Shown here one piece after another: positions 10,168 to 20,957 of a stretch of DNA of 64,000 bases (position 1 is its first letter; the number at the start of each line of letters is the position of its first letter). The stretch covers positions 8,031 to 72,030 of the forward strand of contig CAVXXZ010000023.1 of NCBI GenBank assembly GCA_963765795.1, read 5' to 3'. Under the pieces are notes generated by a model. The model did not search any database and was not told the DNA's origin. It was given only the letters and a program-made list of their open reading frames with translations. The translations under genes were made by a program, and so were the position numbers. The stretch comes from an uncultured Actinomycetes bacterium (lineage in GTDB: Bacteria > Actinomycetota > Thermoleophilia > Gaiellales > Gaiellaceae).

Positions 10168-11695
10168 GTGCCCAGCGACGAGCTCGTTCTCGAGATGCGC
10201 GGGATCCGCAAGGAGTTCCCGGGGACCGTCGCCAACGACGACGTCTCGTTCGACCTGCGCCGAGGTGAGGTGCATGCCCTCCTCGGCGAGAACGGCGCCG
10301 GGAAGTCGACGCTGATGAACATCCTCTACGGCTTGTACCGGCACGACGCGGGCGAGATCCGCCTGGGCGGGAAGCAGGTCTCGTTCGACTCGGCTCGGGA
10401 CGCGATCCGTGCGGGCATCGGCATGGTGCACCAGCACTTCATGCTCATTCCCGTGATGACCGTCGCCGAGAACGTCGTCCTGGGTACGGAGCCGGTGCGG
10501 AACGGCGTCCTCCTCGACGAAGCGGTCGCGGAGCGGAGGGTCGCCGACATGGCCAAGGCGTTCAACTTCGCCGTGGATCCGGCCGCGCTCGTCGAGGACA
10601 TCGGCGTCGGGCAGCAGCAGCGCGTTGAGATCATGAAGGCGCTCTACCGGAACGCCGACATCCTCATCCTCGACGAGCCGACGGCCGTGCTGACACCGCA
10701 GGAGGCATCGGATCTGTTCGAGATCCTGCGGACCCTGCGCCGCGAGGGAATCTCGATCATCTTCATCAGCCACAAGCTGAACGAGGTGCTCGAGATCGCC
10801 GACCGCATCACCGTGCTGCGCCGGGGCAAGAAGGTCGAGACCGTGCCGCGGGAGGGCGCGACGGAGGAGTCGCTCGCCCGCGCGATGGTGGGACGCGAAG
10901 TCCTGTTGCGAATCGAGAAGACGCCGGCGCAGCCCGGTGACGTCCTTCTCTCTGTGCGCGACCTCCACGTGGTGGACGAGCGCGGGATTCCGAAGGTGCG
11001 CGGCGTCTCCTTCGACGTGCGGGCGGGCGAGATCGTCGGCATCGCGGGCGTCGACGGCAACGGACAGACGGAGCTCATCGACGCGCTCACGGGCTTGCAG
11101 AAGATGGAGAGCGGCACCGTGACGGTCGGCGGCCGCGAGCTTACGCACGCGAACGCGAGGACCGCGCTCGACGCGGGGCTCGGGCACATCCCCGAGGACC
11201 GGCAGCGCCGTGGCCTCGTGCTCGAGTTCTCGATCGCCGAGAACATCGCCCTGCACGACTACGACAAGGCGCCCGACGCGAAATGGGGCTGGATCTTCCC
11301 GCAGCGCATGGTCGAGCGTGCACGGGGGCTGATCCGGGAGTTCGACGTCCGCGGCGGCGGCCCGCTCACGCGCGCCGGCGGCCTGTCGGGCGGCAACCAG
11401 CAGAAGGTCGTCGCGGCGCGCGAGATCGCGCGGGACCCGAAGGTGCTGATCGCCGCGCAGCCGACCCGCGGGCTCGACGTCGGTGCGATCGAGTACCTCC
11501 ACCGCCGGCTGGTCGCCGAGCGCGACGAGGGCCGCGCGATCCTGCTCGTGTCGCTCGAGCTCGAGGAGATCCTGTCGCTCTCCGACCGCATCCTCGTGAT
11601 CTACGAAGGCGAGATCGTCGGCGAGCACACCGGCGAGGTGTCCGAGGAGAAGATCGGTCTCGAGATGCTCGGCGCGGCGAGAGGACGCCGCGTGA
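10168..11695 (+). CDS. ABC transporter ATP-binding protein with duplicated ATPase domains (BMP/nucleoside-type importer)
   Basis: Two Walker A motifs (GENGAGKST, GVDGNGQTE) and an ABC signature (LSGGNQQK). The frame lacks a stop until 11907. The expected GTGA-type stop/start junction is at 11692-11695 but is out of frame by one nt, so the last few codons are uncertain. Confidence 0.85.
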
Positions 11696-12911
11696 GCGCG
11701 CGACCTCGGCGCGTGCCGCCGCCGCCCGAGCAGGCGGCCGAGACCGGCACGCTGTCGCGCGCATCGCCCTCAAGCAGCGCGCGGGCGGGATCGTCGTTCC
11801 GATCGCGACCGTCCTGCTCGCGTTCTTCCTCGGCGGGCTCGTCGTCGCGGCGACGCAGCACATCCACATGCTCGCCTACCGCGACATCTTCAACGGCGCC
11901 GGGCTGAACTGGATCTTCCATCCCACCACGGACCTGCTCGAACTCTTCCGCCTACAACCTCTCGCAGACGCTCCTGCAGACGAGCACGCTGATCCTCACC
12001 GGCCTCGCCGTCGCCTTCGCGTTCCGCTGCGGCATGTTCAACATCGGCGGCCAGGGCCAGTACTTCATGGGCCTGTTCGTCGCCAACTGGATCGGCGTCC
12101 TTTCGTCGGCCTGAACTCGCTGCCCCACATCCTCCTCGCGGTCGGCGCGGAACGCTCGCCGGCGCCGCGTGGGCCGGGATCGCCGGCGTCCTCAAGGCGA
12201 CCGTCGGGGCTCACGAGGTCATCTCGACGATCATGCTCAACTGGATCGCGTTCTGGTTCGGCTCGTGGCTCTTCGGTGACGGAGGACCGCTCCAGAACAC
12301 GGCGAAGCCACCGTCCGATCTCGAGCCAGGTCGCGGCCGGCCCGGCTGCCCGACTTCTGGGGCGTGCAGGGGTTCCAGGGCGTCCACATCGGCGTCTTCA
12401 TCGCGCTCGCCGCCCTCGTCGTCTTCTGGGCGCTCCTGAACCGGACGACGCTCGGGTACGAGGTGCGGGCGGTGGGCTTCAATCCCGACGCGGCGGCGTA
12501 CGGCGGCATCAACGTGAAGAAGAACCTCATCCGCGCGATGGCGATCTCCGGCGCGTTCGCCGGTCTCGCCGGCGCGATCGACATGCTCGGCGACCACTAC
12601 CAGTTCGGCCAGCTCGACATCCCCGTCTCGCCAGGTCGGCTTCCTCGGCATCGCCGTCGCCCTGCTCGGGCCGCAACACCGCCCTCGGCACCCTGCTCGC
12701 GGCGCTGCTCTTCGGCGGCCTCCTGTACGGGACGACCCACGGGCTGCATCCGGCGTGATCATCGACCCGAGCTCGCGGCAACCTCACCTACATCATCCAG
12801 GGCCTGATCGTGCTCTTCGTCGGCGCTGACGTCCTGATCCTCTCCGTCTGGAACTCGCGGCGGCTGCTGCGCAGCGCCGGCCGGCGAGGTCCGACGGGGG
12901 CTGCCGCGTGA
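11692..12911 (+). pseudogene. ABC importer permease 1, many frameshifts
   Basis: Permease sequence is readable only by hopping frames: IVVPIATVLLAFFLGGLVVAA / YNLSQTLLQTSTLILTGLAVAFAFRCGMFNIGGQGQYFMG / EVISTIMLNWIAFWFGSWLF / FQGVHIGVFIALAALVVFWALLNRTTLGYEVRAVGFNPDAAAYGGINV...ISGAFAGLAGAIDMLG / GFLGIAVALLGRNTALGTLLAALLFGGL / NLTYIIQGLIVLFVGADVLIL. At least 8 frame changes are needed. Confidence 0.7.
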
Positions 12912-14104
12912 GCACCTGGACGAGCCGGCTCGACAACCCGTCAGCGCGCGCCTGCGCGACGCGGCGATGACCGGCTACCTCGGGATCGTCCTCGCGGCGT
13001 TCGCAGCCTTCCTCGCGATCCCGCCGATCGAGGCGCGGACGATCACGTGGCCGATCGTCGTCGGCATCGTCGCCGTCCTGCTCGGGGTCTGGACGGTGAC
13101 GCGCGGCCGCCGCCGGCTGGGCTGGGGCGCATTCGCGGCCGGCCTGCTCGGGATCGGGCTCGGCGTCCTCGCCACCCACTCGAGCACCGACAACCTCAAC
13201 GGCGCTTCGACGCACGCTCGTCGCGCAGACGTTCGCCTTGCGACGCCGCTCGTCTTCGGCGCGATGGCCGGCATCTTCTCCGAGCGGAGCGGCGTCGTGA
13301 ACATCGGCCTCGAGGGGATGATGCTGATGGGCGCCTTCTGGGGCGTCTACGGCGCGGACAAGGGCGGCAGCTGGGTGGTCGGGCTCCGTTGGGGCGGTCG
13401 CCGGGGGCTGCTCGCGCTCGTCTACGCCTTCTTCGCCATCCACCTGCGCGCCGACCAGATCGTCGGCGGGACGGGCGTCAACTTCCTCGCCGTCGGGATA
13501 ACCGGCTACTTCTTCGTCCAGCTCTACAACGGCAACTCCGTATCGACCGGCGTCTCGCTGCTGCCGAACGTGCACCTTGGCTTTGCGGACGAGCTTCCTC
13601 GGGCGGTCGATCGGGAACCTCAGCATCCTGACCTGGGCGGGCTTCGCGCTCGTCATCGTCACGTACGTCGTCCTCTTCAAGACGCCGATCGGGCTGCGGA
13701 TCCGCGCCTGCGGCGAGCACCCGCGCGCGGCGGACACGGTCGGGATCAACGTCTACGCGATCCGGTACGGCTGCGTCGTCCTGTCGGGGTTCCTCGCGGC
13801 GATCGGCGGGGTCTACCTGTCCGACGGGCCGGAGGAGGGACGTTCATCGACAACATGACGAACGGGCGCGGCTTCATCGCGCTCGCGGCCATGATCTTCG
13901 GCAACTGGCGGCCGGCCGGGGCTTTCGCCGCCGCGCTGCTGTTCGGCTTCTCGAGCGCGCTCGCCCTGCGCCTGCAGGTCTACTCGCCCTCGGCGGCGAC
14001 GCTGTTCAACGTGCTCCCGTAGTCCTGACGCTGGTCGCGGTGGCCGGCGTGATCGGCCGCACCGTCGCGCCCGCCGCCGACGGCAAGCCGTACGTCAGGC
14101 AGTA
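12908..14104 (+). pseudogene. ABC importer permease 2, many frameshifts
   Basis: The GTG overlaps the upstream TGA. Pieces lie in different frames: VSTWTSRLDNP / MTGYLGIVLAAFAAF...ATPLVFGAMAGIFSERSGVVNIGLEGMMLMGAFWG...IHLRADQIVGGTGVNFLAVGITGYFF / FLGRSIGNLSILTWAGFALVIVTYVVLFKTPIGLRIRACGEHPRAADTVGINV / GTFIDNMTNGRGFIALAAMIFGNWRP / YVLTLVAVAGVIGRTVAPAADGKPYVRQ*. At least 6 frame changes are needed, some at GGGG/GGGGG runs. Confidence 0.7.
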
Positions 14105-14211
14105 GCCGGGCGGCCCTACCGTCGCTCGAGTTCCTGCTCTGACTCTGCGTCGTCGTGCTCGGGGTCGTCGTCACCCTGACGCGACTCGCGACGTGAGTCA
14201 GATCTCGCGAG

Positions 14212-15153
14212 CTAGGTGATCGAGACCATGCGCTCGATCGCGAGGCGCGCGCGCTCGGCGAGCTCGGGCTCGACCGTGATCCGGTGCTTGCCGTCGCGCA
14301 GCGAGTCGCGCACCTTCTCGAGCGTCGTCAGCTTCATGTAGCGGCACTCGGCGTCGTCTCGCACGGCCTCGAACCGCTTCCCGGGCGCCTCCTGCTGGAG
14401 GCGGTGGATGATGCCCGTCTCGGTCGCGACGAGGAAGCGCTGCTTCGGCGAGCGCTTCGCGTAGTCGATCATCTTCTCCGTCGAGAGGATCTGCGTCCGC
14501 TCGTTCCCGAACGCCATCGCCTGGCTCGCGCAGCCGCACTCGGGATGGACGAGCAGGTCTGCGTCGGGCGCCTCCTCCTGCCAGCGCTCGATGTCGGCGG
14601 GGCGGATGCCCGCGTGGACGTGGCACTCGCCGAGCCAGATCGTCAGCTTGCGGCCGGTCACCTTCTCGAGCCAGAGGCCGAGGTACATGTCCGGCAGGAA
14701 GAGGATCTCCTGCTCCGGCGGGATCGCCTCGATCACCGACTTCGCGTTCCCCGACGTGCAGCAGTAGTCGCTCTCCGCCTTCACCTCGGCGGTCGTGTTC
14801 ACGTAGGAGACGACGACCGCGCCCGGGTGCTGGGCCTTCCACTCGCGCAGCTGCTCGGCGTCGATCGAGGCGGCGAGCGAGCAGCCGGCGCCGAGGTCGG
14901 GGAGGAGGACCGTCTTCTCCGGGCTGAGGATCGCCGCCGTCTCGGCCATGAAGTGGACGCCGCAGAAGACGATCGTCTCGCGCATCGGTCGCGGCCGCCT
15001 GGCGCGAGAGGCCGAGCGAGTCGCCGACGTAGTCCGCGACGTCCTGCACCTCGGGCCGCTGGTAGTTGTGGGCGAGGATCACGGCGTTCTTCGCGGCCGC
15101 GAGAGCGCGGACTTCGTCGTGGAGCTCGGTGGTGGACGGGGCTACAGCGGTCA
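14212..15153 (-). pseudogene. nadA: Quinolinate synthase NadA, one frameshift
   Basis: The N-terminal ~56 aa ([58 protein letters not shown]) are in one frame. The rest ([18 protein letters not shown]...HPECGC...) is ORF 14212..14985. The junction is near 14985. Confidence 0.85.
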
Positions 15154-15988
15154 TCGGACCTCCAGGGAGACGTGAAGCGAGCGGGCGGAGTGGGTGAGGG
15201 CGCCGACGGAGACGAAGTCGACTCCGGTCTCGGCGTAGGCGCGGACGGTGCCGAGGGAGACGCCGCCGGACGCCTCGAGCTCGGCGCGGCCGGCCGCGAG
15301 CTCGACCGCCTCGCGCACCTCCTCGGGGCTCATGTTGTCGAGCAGGATTCGCGGCGCGCCGCCGTCGAGCGCCTCGCGCACCTGGGCGAGCGTCTCGGCC
15401 TCGACCTCGACCGGCAGCCCGTCGACGCGGCCGTCGAGAGCCGCGAGCGCCGCGGTGACGCCGCCGGCGACCCGGAGGTGGTTCTCCTTCACGAGCACGC
15501 CGTCGTACAGGCCGGCGCGGTGGTTGCGGCCGCCGCCGCAGCGGACGGCGTACTTCTCGAGCGCCCGCAGGCCGGGAGTCGTCTTGCGCGTGTCGAGGAC
15601 GGACGTGCGGGTGCCCTCGGTCAGCTCGACGAAGCGGCGCGTCAGGGACGCGATGCCGCAGAGCCTGCGCGAGCAGGTTGAGCGCGACCCGCTCGCCGCT
15701 GAGGATCGCGCGCGCAGGTCCCTCGACCACGGCGAGGACGGCGGGGACGTCGGAAACCGCGGTGCCTTCCTCGAGCCTCGCCTCGACCTGCACTCCCGGG
15801 TCGAGCGCGCGGAAGACGGCTGCCGCGACCGGGACGCCGCAGACGACGCCGGGCTCCTCGAGCAGGAGCTCGGCCCGGCAGTGCGCGTCCTCCGGCACGA
15901 GCGCGAGCGTCGTCGCGTCGCCGGAGCCGACGTCCTCGGCGAGCGCCGCGCTGACGACGCGGTCGATGTCCTCGGGCGTCAGGTCCAT
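15151..15988 (-). pseudogene. nadC: Nicotinate-nucleotide pyrophosphorylase NadC, one frameshift
   Basis: The N-terminus ([27 protein letters not shown]...[12 protein letters not shown]) is in one frame. The C-terminal half (..[13 protein letters not shown]...ASGGVSL...[12 protein letters not shown]) is in the frame of ORF 15151..15498. The break is near 15665. The ATG overlaps the nadB stop. Confidence 0.8.
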
Positions 15989-17328
15989 TGCTCCAGCTCC
16001 GGCTCGCGGCCGGGACGGACGACGAGGTGCCCGGCGAGCGCCTCGCTCTCGACGGGGAAGTCCTCGCGGAAGTGGACGCCGCGGCTCTCCTCGCGCGCGA
16101 GTCCGCAGGCGGCGATCTCGCGGACGAGCGGGTGCGGCGAGTCGAGCAGGCGCCCGAGTCCCTCGGCGCTGCGGATCAGCCCGGCGTCGCGCCAGAGCGC
16201 GGCGCCCGGATCTTCGCCGGAAGCGATCGGCGCGCCGTCGGCGTCGAAGCGGGGCCCGGCGAGCGCGGCGAGGCCGGCGCGGCGGCCGAAGACGAGGCAC
16301 TCGAGCAGCGAGTTCGAGGCGAGCCGGTTTGCGCCGTGCACGCCGGTGCACGCGCACTCGCCGGCCGCGTACAGCCCCGGCACCGACGTGCTCCCGTCGA
16401 GGTCGCTGACGATGCCGCCGATGGCGTAGTGGGCGGCGGGGGAGACCGGGACGGGCTCCACGGCCGGCTCGTAGCCGGCGCGCTCGAGCGTCGCCATCAA
16501 GCTGGGATACCGGTCGCGCTCGACCGGGCGCAGATCGAGGCGAGCCCCGGCCCGGGCGGCGACCGCACGCGCTACGACGTCGCGCGGCGCGAGTTCGTCG
16601 ACGAAGCGTTCGCCGCCGTCGTCGAGCAGCGTCGCACCCGACCCGCGCAGCGCCTCTGAGAGCAGAAAGCCGTCGTGGCCGTTGTCGTCGCGGAGCGCCG
16701 TCGGGTGGAACTGGACGAGCTCGAGGTCGGCCAGGGCGGCGCCCGCGGCCTGCGCGAGCAGGAGACCGTCGCCCACGGCGCCGCTCGGGTTCGTAGTCCG
16801 CGCCCAGAGCGCGGCGTAGCCGCCGGTCGCGAGGACGACGGCGGAGCCGCGCAGCGCGCCGAGCGTCGTGATGCGCTCGCCCTCGACGATCCGGATCCGT
16901 GGATGCCGGCGAGCTCGCTCAGTGAGAACGTCCGCGATGAAGCGACCGGTGTCTGCGCCGCCGGCATGCACGACGCGGGCGCGGGAGTGGCCGCCCTCCC
17001 GTGCGAGGCCGTCGTCGAACCGCACGCCGAGCCGGCGCAGCTCCGCGATCCGCTCGGGAGCCTCCTCCGTCAGCAGCCGGACCGCGCTGGGGCGGCAGAG
17101 GCCGCGCCCCGCGGCGAGCGTGTCGGCTGCGTGGAGCGCGGGATCGTCGTCCGGGCCGACGGCCGCCGCGACTCCTCCTTGGGCGGCGTAGCTGTTCGAG
17201 CTCGTGTGGGAGGCCTTCGCGAGCACGAGCACCGAGGCGCCCGCATCGGCCGTTGCGAGGGCAGCGGAGAGGCCGGCGACACCGGCTCCGACGACGACCA
17301 CGTCAGATCCCTCGCGTTTTTGCCTCAC
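15979..17328 (-). CDS. nadB: L-aspartate oxidase
   Basis: FAD motif [14 protein letters not shown], plus HYAIGGI and [21 protein letters not shown]. It is intact but short at 449 aa. Confidence 0.85.
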   Translation of the reverse strand: MRQKREGSDVVVVGAGVAGLSAALATADAGASVLVLAKASHTSSNSYAAQGGVAAAVGPDDDPALHAADTLAAGRGLCRPSAVRLLTEEAPERIAELRRLGVRFDDGLAREGGHSRARVVHAGGADTGRFIADVLTERARRHPRIRIVEGERITTLGALRGSAVVLATGGYAALWARTTNPSGAVGDGLLLAQAAGAALADLELVQFHPTALRDDNGHDGFLLSEALRGSGATLLDDGGERFVDELAPRDVVARAVAARAGARLDLRPVERDRYPSLMATLERAGYEPAVEPVPVSPAAHYAIGGIVSDLDGSTSVPGLYAAGECACTGVHGANRLASNSLLECLVFGRRAGLAALAGPRFDADGAPIASGEDPGAALWRDAGLIRSAEGLGRLLDSPHPLVREIAACGLAREESRGVHFREDFPVESEALAGHLVVRPGREPELEQWT

Positions 17329-17329
17329 A

Positions 17330-17344
17330 ATCGATAACCTCGAT
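17330..17344. promoter_or_regulatory. Inverted repeat ATCGA-taacc-TCGAT in the 27-bp nadB/nrtR divergent spacer (candidate operator)
   Basis: The palindrome was read directly from the sequence. It overlaps the nadB SD region. I did not verify a match to any published NrtR operator. Confidence 0.2.
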
Positions 17345-17355
17345 CCCGACTATAC

Positions 17356-18054
17356 ATGGTTGACGACTCTCAGGCGAAAACTTCGGCCCACGCCGTGCTA
17401 GCGGCCGTTCTCCAGGTGCGCGACCGGCGGCTTCAGGCGCTGCTCTGGCAGCGGGCACGCGAGCCGTTCGCGGCCTGCTGGGCGCTGCCGGGCGGGGCTC
17501 TCGCGGCGGACGAGACGCTCGAGGAGTCGATGCGGCGGCATCTCGCCGAGAAGGTCGACGTGCGGGAGGTGGCGCATCTCGAGCAGCTCGAGACGCGCAG
17601 CGATCCGGCGCGCAATCCCACGAGGCGCGAGCTCGCGACCGCGTTTCTCGGGCTGGTGCCGAGCGGGGTGGACCCCCAGGTGCCGGAGGACACGCGCTGG
17701 CACGCGCTCGACGAGCTCCCCGAGCTCGCGTACGACCACGAGGAGATCCTCCTCAGCGCCCGCGAGCGCCTCCGCGGGAAGCTCTCGTACACGAATCTCG
17801 GCTTCGCGCTCGCGCCGCCGAGCTTCACGCTCGCCGAGTTGCGCGACCTCTACGCCGCCGCGCTCGGCCATCCGGTGAGCGCGACGAACCTGCAGAGGGT
17901 ATTGCTGCGGCGGCGGCTGCTCGAGGACACCGGCGAGCGGCGCCACTACGGCGCCGGCGGCGGCCGTCCGGCGGCGATCTACCGCTTCCGCACCACCCGG
18001 TTGGAGATTACGGACCAGTTCGCCGTCCTCCGGCCGCCTACAATGGCTCACTGA
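17356..18054 (+). CDS. nrtR: Nudix-related transcriptional regulator (NrtR-like): degenerate Nudix domain plus C-terminal winged helix
   Basis: The Nudix box is degenerate (GGALAADETLEESMRRHLAEKVDV; RE->RH, EE->EK). The C-terminal wHTH-like tail reads FTLAELRDLYAAALGHPVSATNLQRVL. The gene is divergent from nadBCA. Confidence 0.65.
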   Translation: MVDDSQAKTSAHAVLAAVLQVRDRRLQALLWQRAREPFAACWALPGGALAADETLEESMRRHLAEKVDVREVAHLEQLETRSDPARNPTRRELATAFLGLVPSGVDPQVPEDTRWHALDELPELAYDHEEILLSARERLRGKLSYTNLGFALAPPSFTLAELRDLYAAALGHPVSATNLQRVLLRRRLLEDTGERRHYGAGGGRPAAIYRFRTTRLEITDQFAVLRPPTMAH

Positions 18055-18417
18055 GTGGCAGTGCGCACGCAAGCTCTCTCGCAGCCGCGGCGGCTCAACG
18101 CCCGCGCCTGGCTCGCCTTCCTGTTCGGCCTCCTGTCGGCGGCCGTTATTCCGGCGGCCATCGAGCTGACGCGGAAGATTCCCGGCGCGGAGCTCCTCGA
18201 TGCCGTCTGGGCGATTCCGGTCGCCGCGGCGGCCGCAACCTTGTCCCTGCTCTTCGCCCGCGGCGCGCGCGGCGCGATCGCACGGACGCTCCAGCCGGTC
18301 GGCGGCGAGGGATGCATCCGACTCGGCCGCATCTTCGCCGTGGCGGGCATCTGCGTCACCCTCTCCGCCTCGATCGCCGTGGGACTGTACGAGCTCCTCT
18401 TGCACCTCGAGCACTGA
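18055..18417 (+). CDS. Hypothetical membrane protein (3 predicted TM helices)
   Basis: A 120-aa ORF with hydrophobic segments (AWLAFLFGLLSAAVIPAAI, AIPVAAAAATLSLLFA, IFAVAGICVTLSASIAVGLY). Confidence 0.4.
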   Translation: MAVRTQALSQPRRLNARAWLAFLFGLLSAAVIPAAIELTRKIPGAELLDAVWAIPVAAAAATLSLLFARGARGAIARTLQPVGGEGCIRLGRIFAVAGICVTLSASIAVGLYELLLHLEH

Positions 18418-18433
18418 GCTCTAGACTCCCGCT

Positions 18434-19129
18434 GTGTTCGAGATCGGCAACAGCCTGCGGGAGGCGCGTGAGCGGCAGGGGCTCGGCTACCCCGAGATCG
18501 AGCTTGCGACCAAGATCCGCGCGAAGTACATCCGCGCGCTCGAGGAGGAGGACTTCACGTCCATTCCTGGCGATGCGTACATCCGCGGCTTCCTGCGGAC
18601 GTACGCGGAGTACCTCGGGCTCGACGGCGACGTCTACGTCGACGAATACGCGTCGCGCTTCATCACGAGCTGGCGCGACGAGCTGCCTCCGCGGCCGGAG
18701 AGGCGGCGGATCCGGACGCGCGAACGGCGCCTCGAACGCCGCGCTGTGCTGCTCGTGCTCGCCGGCATCGTGCTCTTGGGGGTCCTCGTCTTCGCTGCCT
18801 GGCAAATCCCCGGCTCCTCCACGCACGTGCCGGGACTGGGGAAGAAGCAGCACCGCCACTCGGCGGCCACCAGCCAGCTCGTCCTGCACGGCGTCGGCCG
18901 CGGGACCTACGTCGAGGTGCGCCGCAGCAGGGCCTCCGGCAAGGTCGACTTCCAGGGAACGGTGGAAGCGGGACAGACCGACCGGCTCCCAGGCAGCCGC
19001 TTCTACCTCCTCGTGCGCACGCCCGCCGGCCTCCGCGTCACGCTCGACGGCCGCGCCGTCGCGCTGCCGGCCGTGCACAACCTCCGCGTCCTCGTCACAC
19101 CGAACCGGACGACGCGCCTGCGCGGGTGA
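18434..19129 (+). CDS. RodZ-like protein (HTH, single TM, DUF4115-like C-terminus)
   Basis: N-terminal HTH (IGNSLREARERQGLGYPEIELATKIRAKYIRALEEEDF..PGDAYIRGFLRTYAEYLGL), then a TM helix (AVLLVLAGIVLLGVLVFAAW). Confidence 0.65.
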   Translation: MFEIGNSLREARERQGLGYPEIELATKIRAKYIRALEEEDFTSIPGDAYIRGFLRTYAEYLGLDGDVYVDEYASRFITSWRDELPPRPERRRIRTRERRLERRAVLLVLAGIVLLGVLVFAAWQIPGSSTHVPGLGKKQHRHSAATSQLVLHGVGRGTYVEVRRSRASGKVDFQGTVEAGQTDRLPGSRFYLLVRTPAGLRVTLDGRAVALPAVHNLRVLVTPNRTTRLRG

Positions 19130-20403
19130 GCGAGCGGCCGCGCGCGGTCGTCGTCGTCACCGGCAGTGAGCTCGTCCGCGGCGAGCGCACCGACAGGAAC
19201 GGCCCTTTCCTTGCCGCCGAGGCGCTGAGCCACGGGCTCGAGCCGGCCCGGATCACGATCGTCGGGGACGCTCCCGCCGAGCTCGAGGCTGCCTTCCGTG
19301 AGGGGTTGGAAGCGGACGCGTGCCTCGTCTCCGGCGGTCTCGGGCCGACGCACGACGATCGCACGGTGGAGCTGGTCGCGCGCGCAGCCGGGCTCGAGCT
19401 CGTCGTGGACGAGGCGCTCGAGCAGGAGATCGAGTCGATCTCCCGCGCGGTTGCGGAGCGCCTGCGGAGGCCGTACGGGGACTTCGCGTCCGGTGTGACG
19501 AAGCAGGCGACGCGGCCTGCTCCGGCGGTCTCCATCGGCCTCGCGGGCACGGCTCCGGGGCTCGTCTTCCGGGCGCCGACGGGCTGCGTCGTGGTCGTCC
19601 TGCCCGGGCCGCCGGGCGAGCTGCGGCGACTCTGGCCGAACGCGCTGGCCAGCGAGCCGATGCGGGAGCTGCTGGAGCGGACGCGACCCCCGGGACGGCG
19701 CGTGCTGCGGCTCTTCGGCGTGAGCGAGTCGGCCGTGGCGCGAGCGTTCGAGGAAGCGGGCGGCGACGGGGACGGGGTCGAGGCGACCATCTGCGCGCGG
19801 GAGTTCGAGATCCACGTCGACCTCGTCGTCGAGCCCGGCGCGGAGGAGCGCGGGGACGTCCTCGAGGCGGGGCTTGCGGAGCGCCTCGAGCAGTGGCTGT
19901 TCGCGCGCGACGAGCGACGGGTGGAGGAGCTCGTGCTCTCGCTGGCGGGCGCGAACGGCTTGCGGCTCGCGACCGCCGAGTCGTGCACGGGCGGCATGGT
20001 CGCGGCGCGGCTCACGGACGTGCCCGGCTCGAGCGCGAGCTTCGTCGGCGGCGTCGTCGCGTATGCGGACGAGGTGAAGCGCTCCGAGCTGGACGTGCCC
20101 GAGGAGCTGATCGCGCAGCACGGCGCCGTCTCTGCCGAGGTCGCGGCCGCGATGGCCGAGGGCGCGCGACGGCGGCTCGGCGCCGACGTGGCCGTGGCGG
20201 TGACCGGCGTCGCCGGCCCCGGCGGAGGAACGCCCGAGAAGCCGGTGGGGCGCGTCCATCTGCACGCCGCCGGCCCGGACGGGTCGCTGGCCCGCATGCT
20301 CGACCTGCCCGGCGAGCGCGGGCAGGTGCGGGTGCGCGCGACCGTCACGGCGCTCCATCTCCTGCGTGCGCTTCTGACGGGAAGTCGCGACGAAGCCGCA
20401 TGA
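19126..20403 (+). CDS. cinA: CinA family protein (MoCF-like N domain plus NMN deamidase PncC-like C domain)
   Basis: The C-terminal domain carries the motif ATAESCTGGMVAARLTDVPGSS. It sits in the canonical position upstream of recA. Confidence 0.85.
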   Translation: MSERPRAVVVVTGSELVRGERTDRNGPFLAAEALSHGLEPARITIVGDAPAELEAAFREGLEADACLVSGGLGPTHDDRTVELVARAAGLELVVDEALEQEIESISRAVAERLRRPYGDFASGVTKQATRPAPAVSIGLAGTAPGLVFRAPTGCVVVVLPGPPGELRRLWPNALASEPMRELLERTRPPGRRVLRLFGVSESAVARAFEEAGGDGDGVEATICAREFEIHVDLVVEPGAEERGDVLEAGLAERLEQWLFARDERRVEELVLSLAGANGLRLATAESCTGGMVAARLTDVPGSSASFVGGVVAYADEVKRSELDVPEELIAQHGAVSAEVAAAMAEGARRRLGADVAVAVTGVAGPGGGTPEKPVGRVHLHAAGPDGSLARMLDLPGERGQVRVRATVTALHLLRALLTGSRDEAA

Positions 20404-20956
20404 CTCCGGCCGCTAGCGTGAGCGGCGATGAACGGCTCCGGCTCTTCCTCGCGCTGCGCCTGCCCGACGACGTGCTCGACGGGATCGAGCGGTGGCAGCG
20501 TGCGCAGCTCACAGGCGTTCGCGTCGTCCGGCGAGAGCACCTGCACGTCACGCTCGCGTTCCTCGGCCACCGGCCGGCGGGCGAGCTCGAATCGATCGTC
20601 GAGGCGTTGCGCGACGCCGCGGCAGGGGCGGGGGAGATCCGACTCACGCCGAGCCGCTATCGCGAGACGCGGAGCGTCGGCATGCTCGTCCTCGAGGACG
20701 ACGGAGGGCAAGCGACGCTGCTCGCCGGGGACGTCCAGGAGCGGCTGGAGCGTCTCGGCGTCTACCGTCGCGAAGGCCGGCCCTGGCTGCCGCACCTCAC
20801 GGTCGCGCGCTGGCGCGAGCGCGTCCCCGGCTCCGGCTCGAGCCGCCGCCGGTGGTACGAACGTTCGTTCCGTCCGACGCGGCTGCTTACCTATCCCGGC
20901 TGCACCCCGACGGGGCGCGGTACGAAGTCTTGGAATCTGTCGCTCTAGGAGGCTGA
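20400..20956 (+). pseudogene. thpR: RNA 2',3'-cyclic phosphodiesterase (ThpR/LigT 2H family), one frameshift
   Basis: Two HxT motifs (HLHVTLAF, PHLTVAR). The frame changes near 20810-20830. The plausible C-terminus ([43 protein letters not shown]) is in the frame of ORF 20492..20956. The ATG overlaps the cinA stop (ATGA). Confidence 0.7.
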
Positions 20957-20957
20957 G

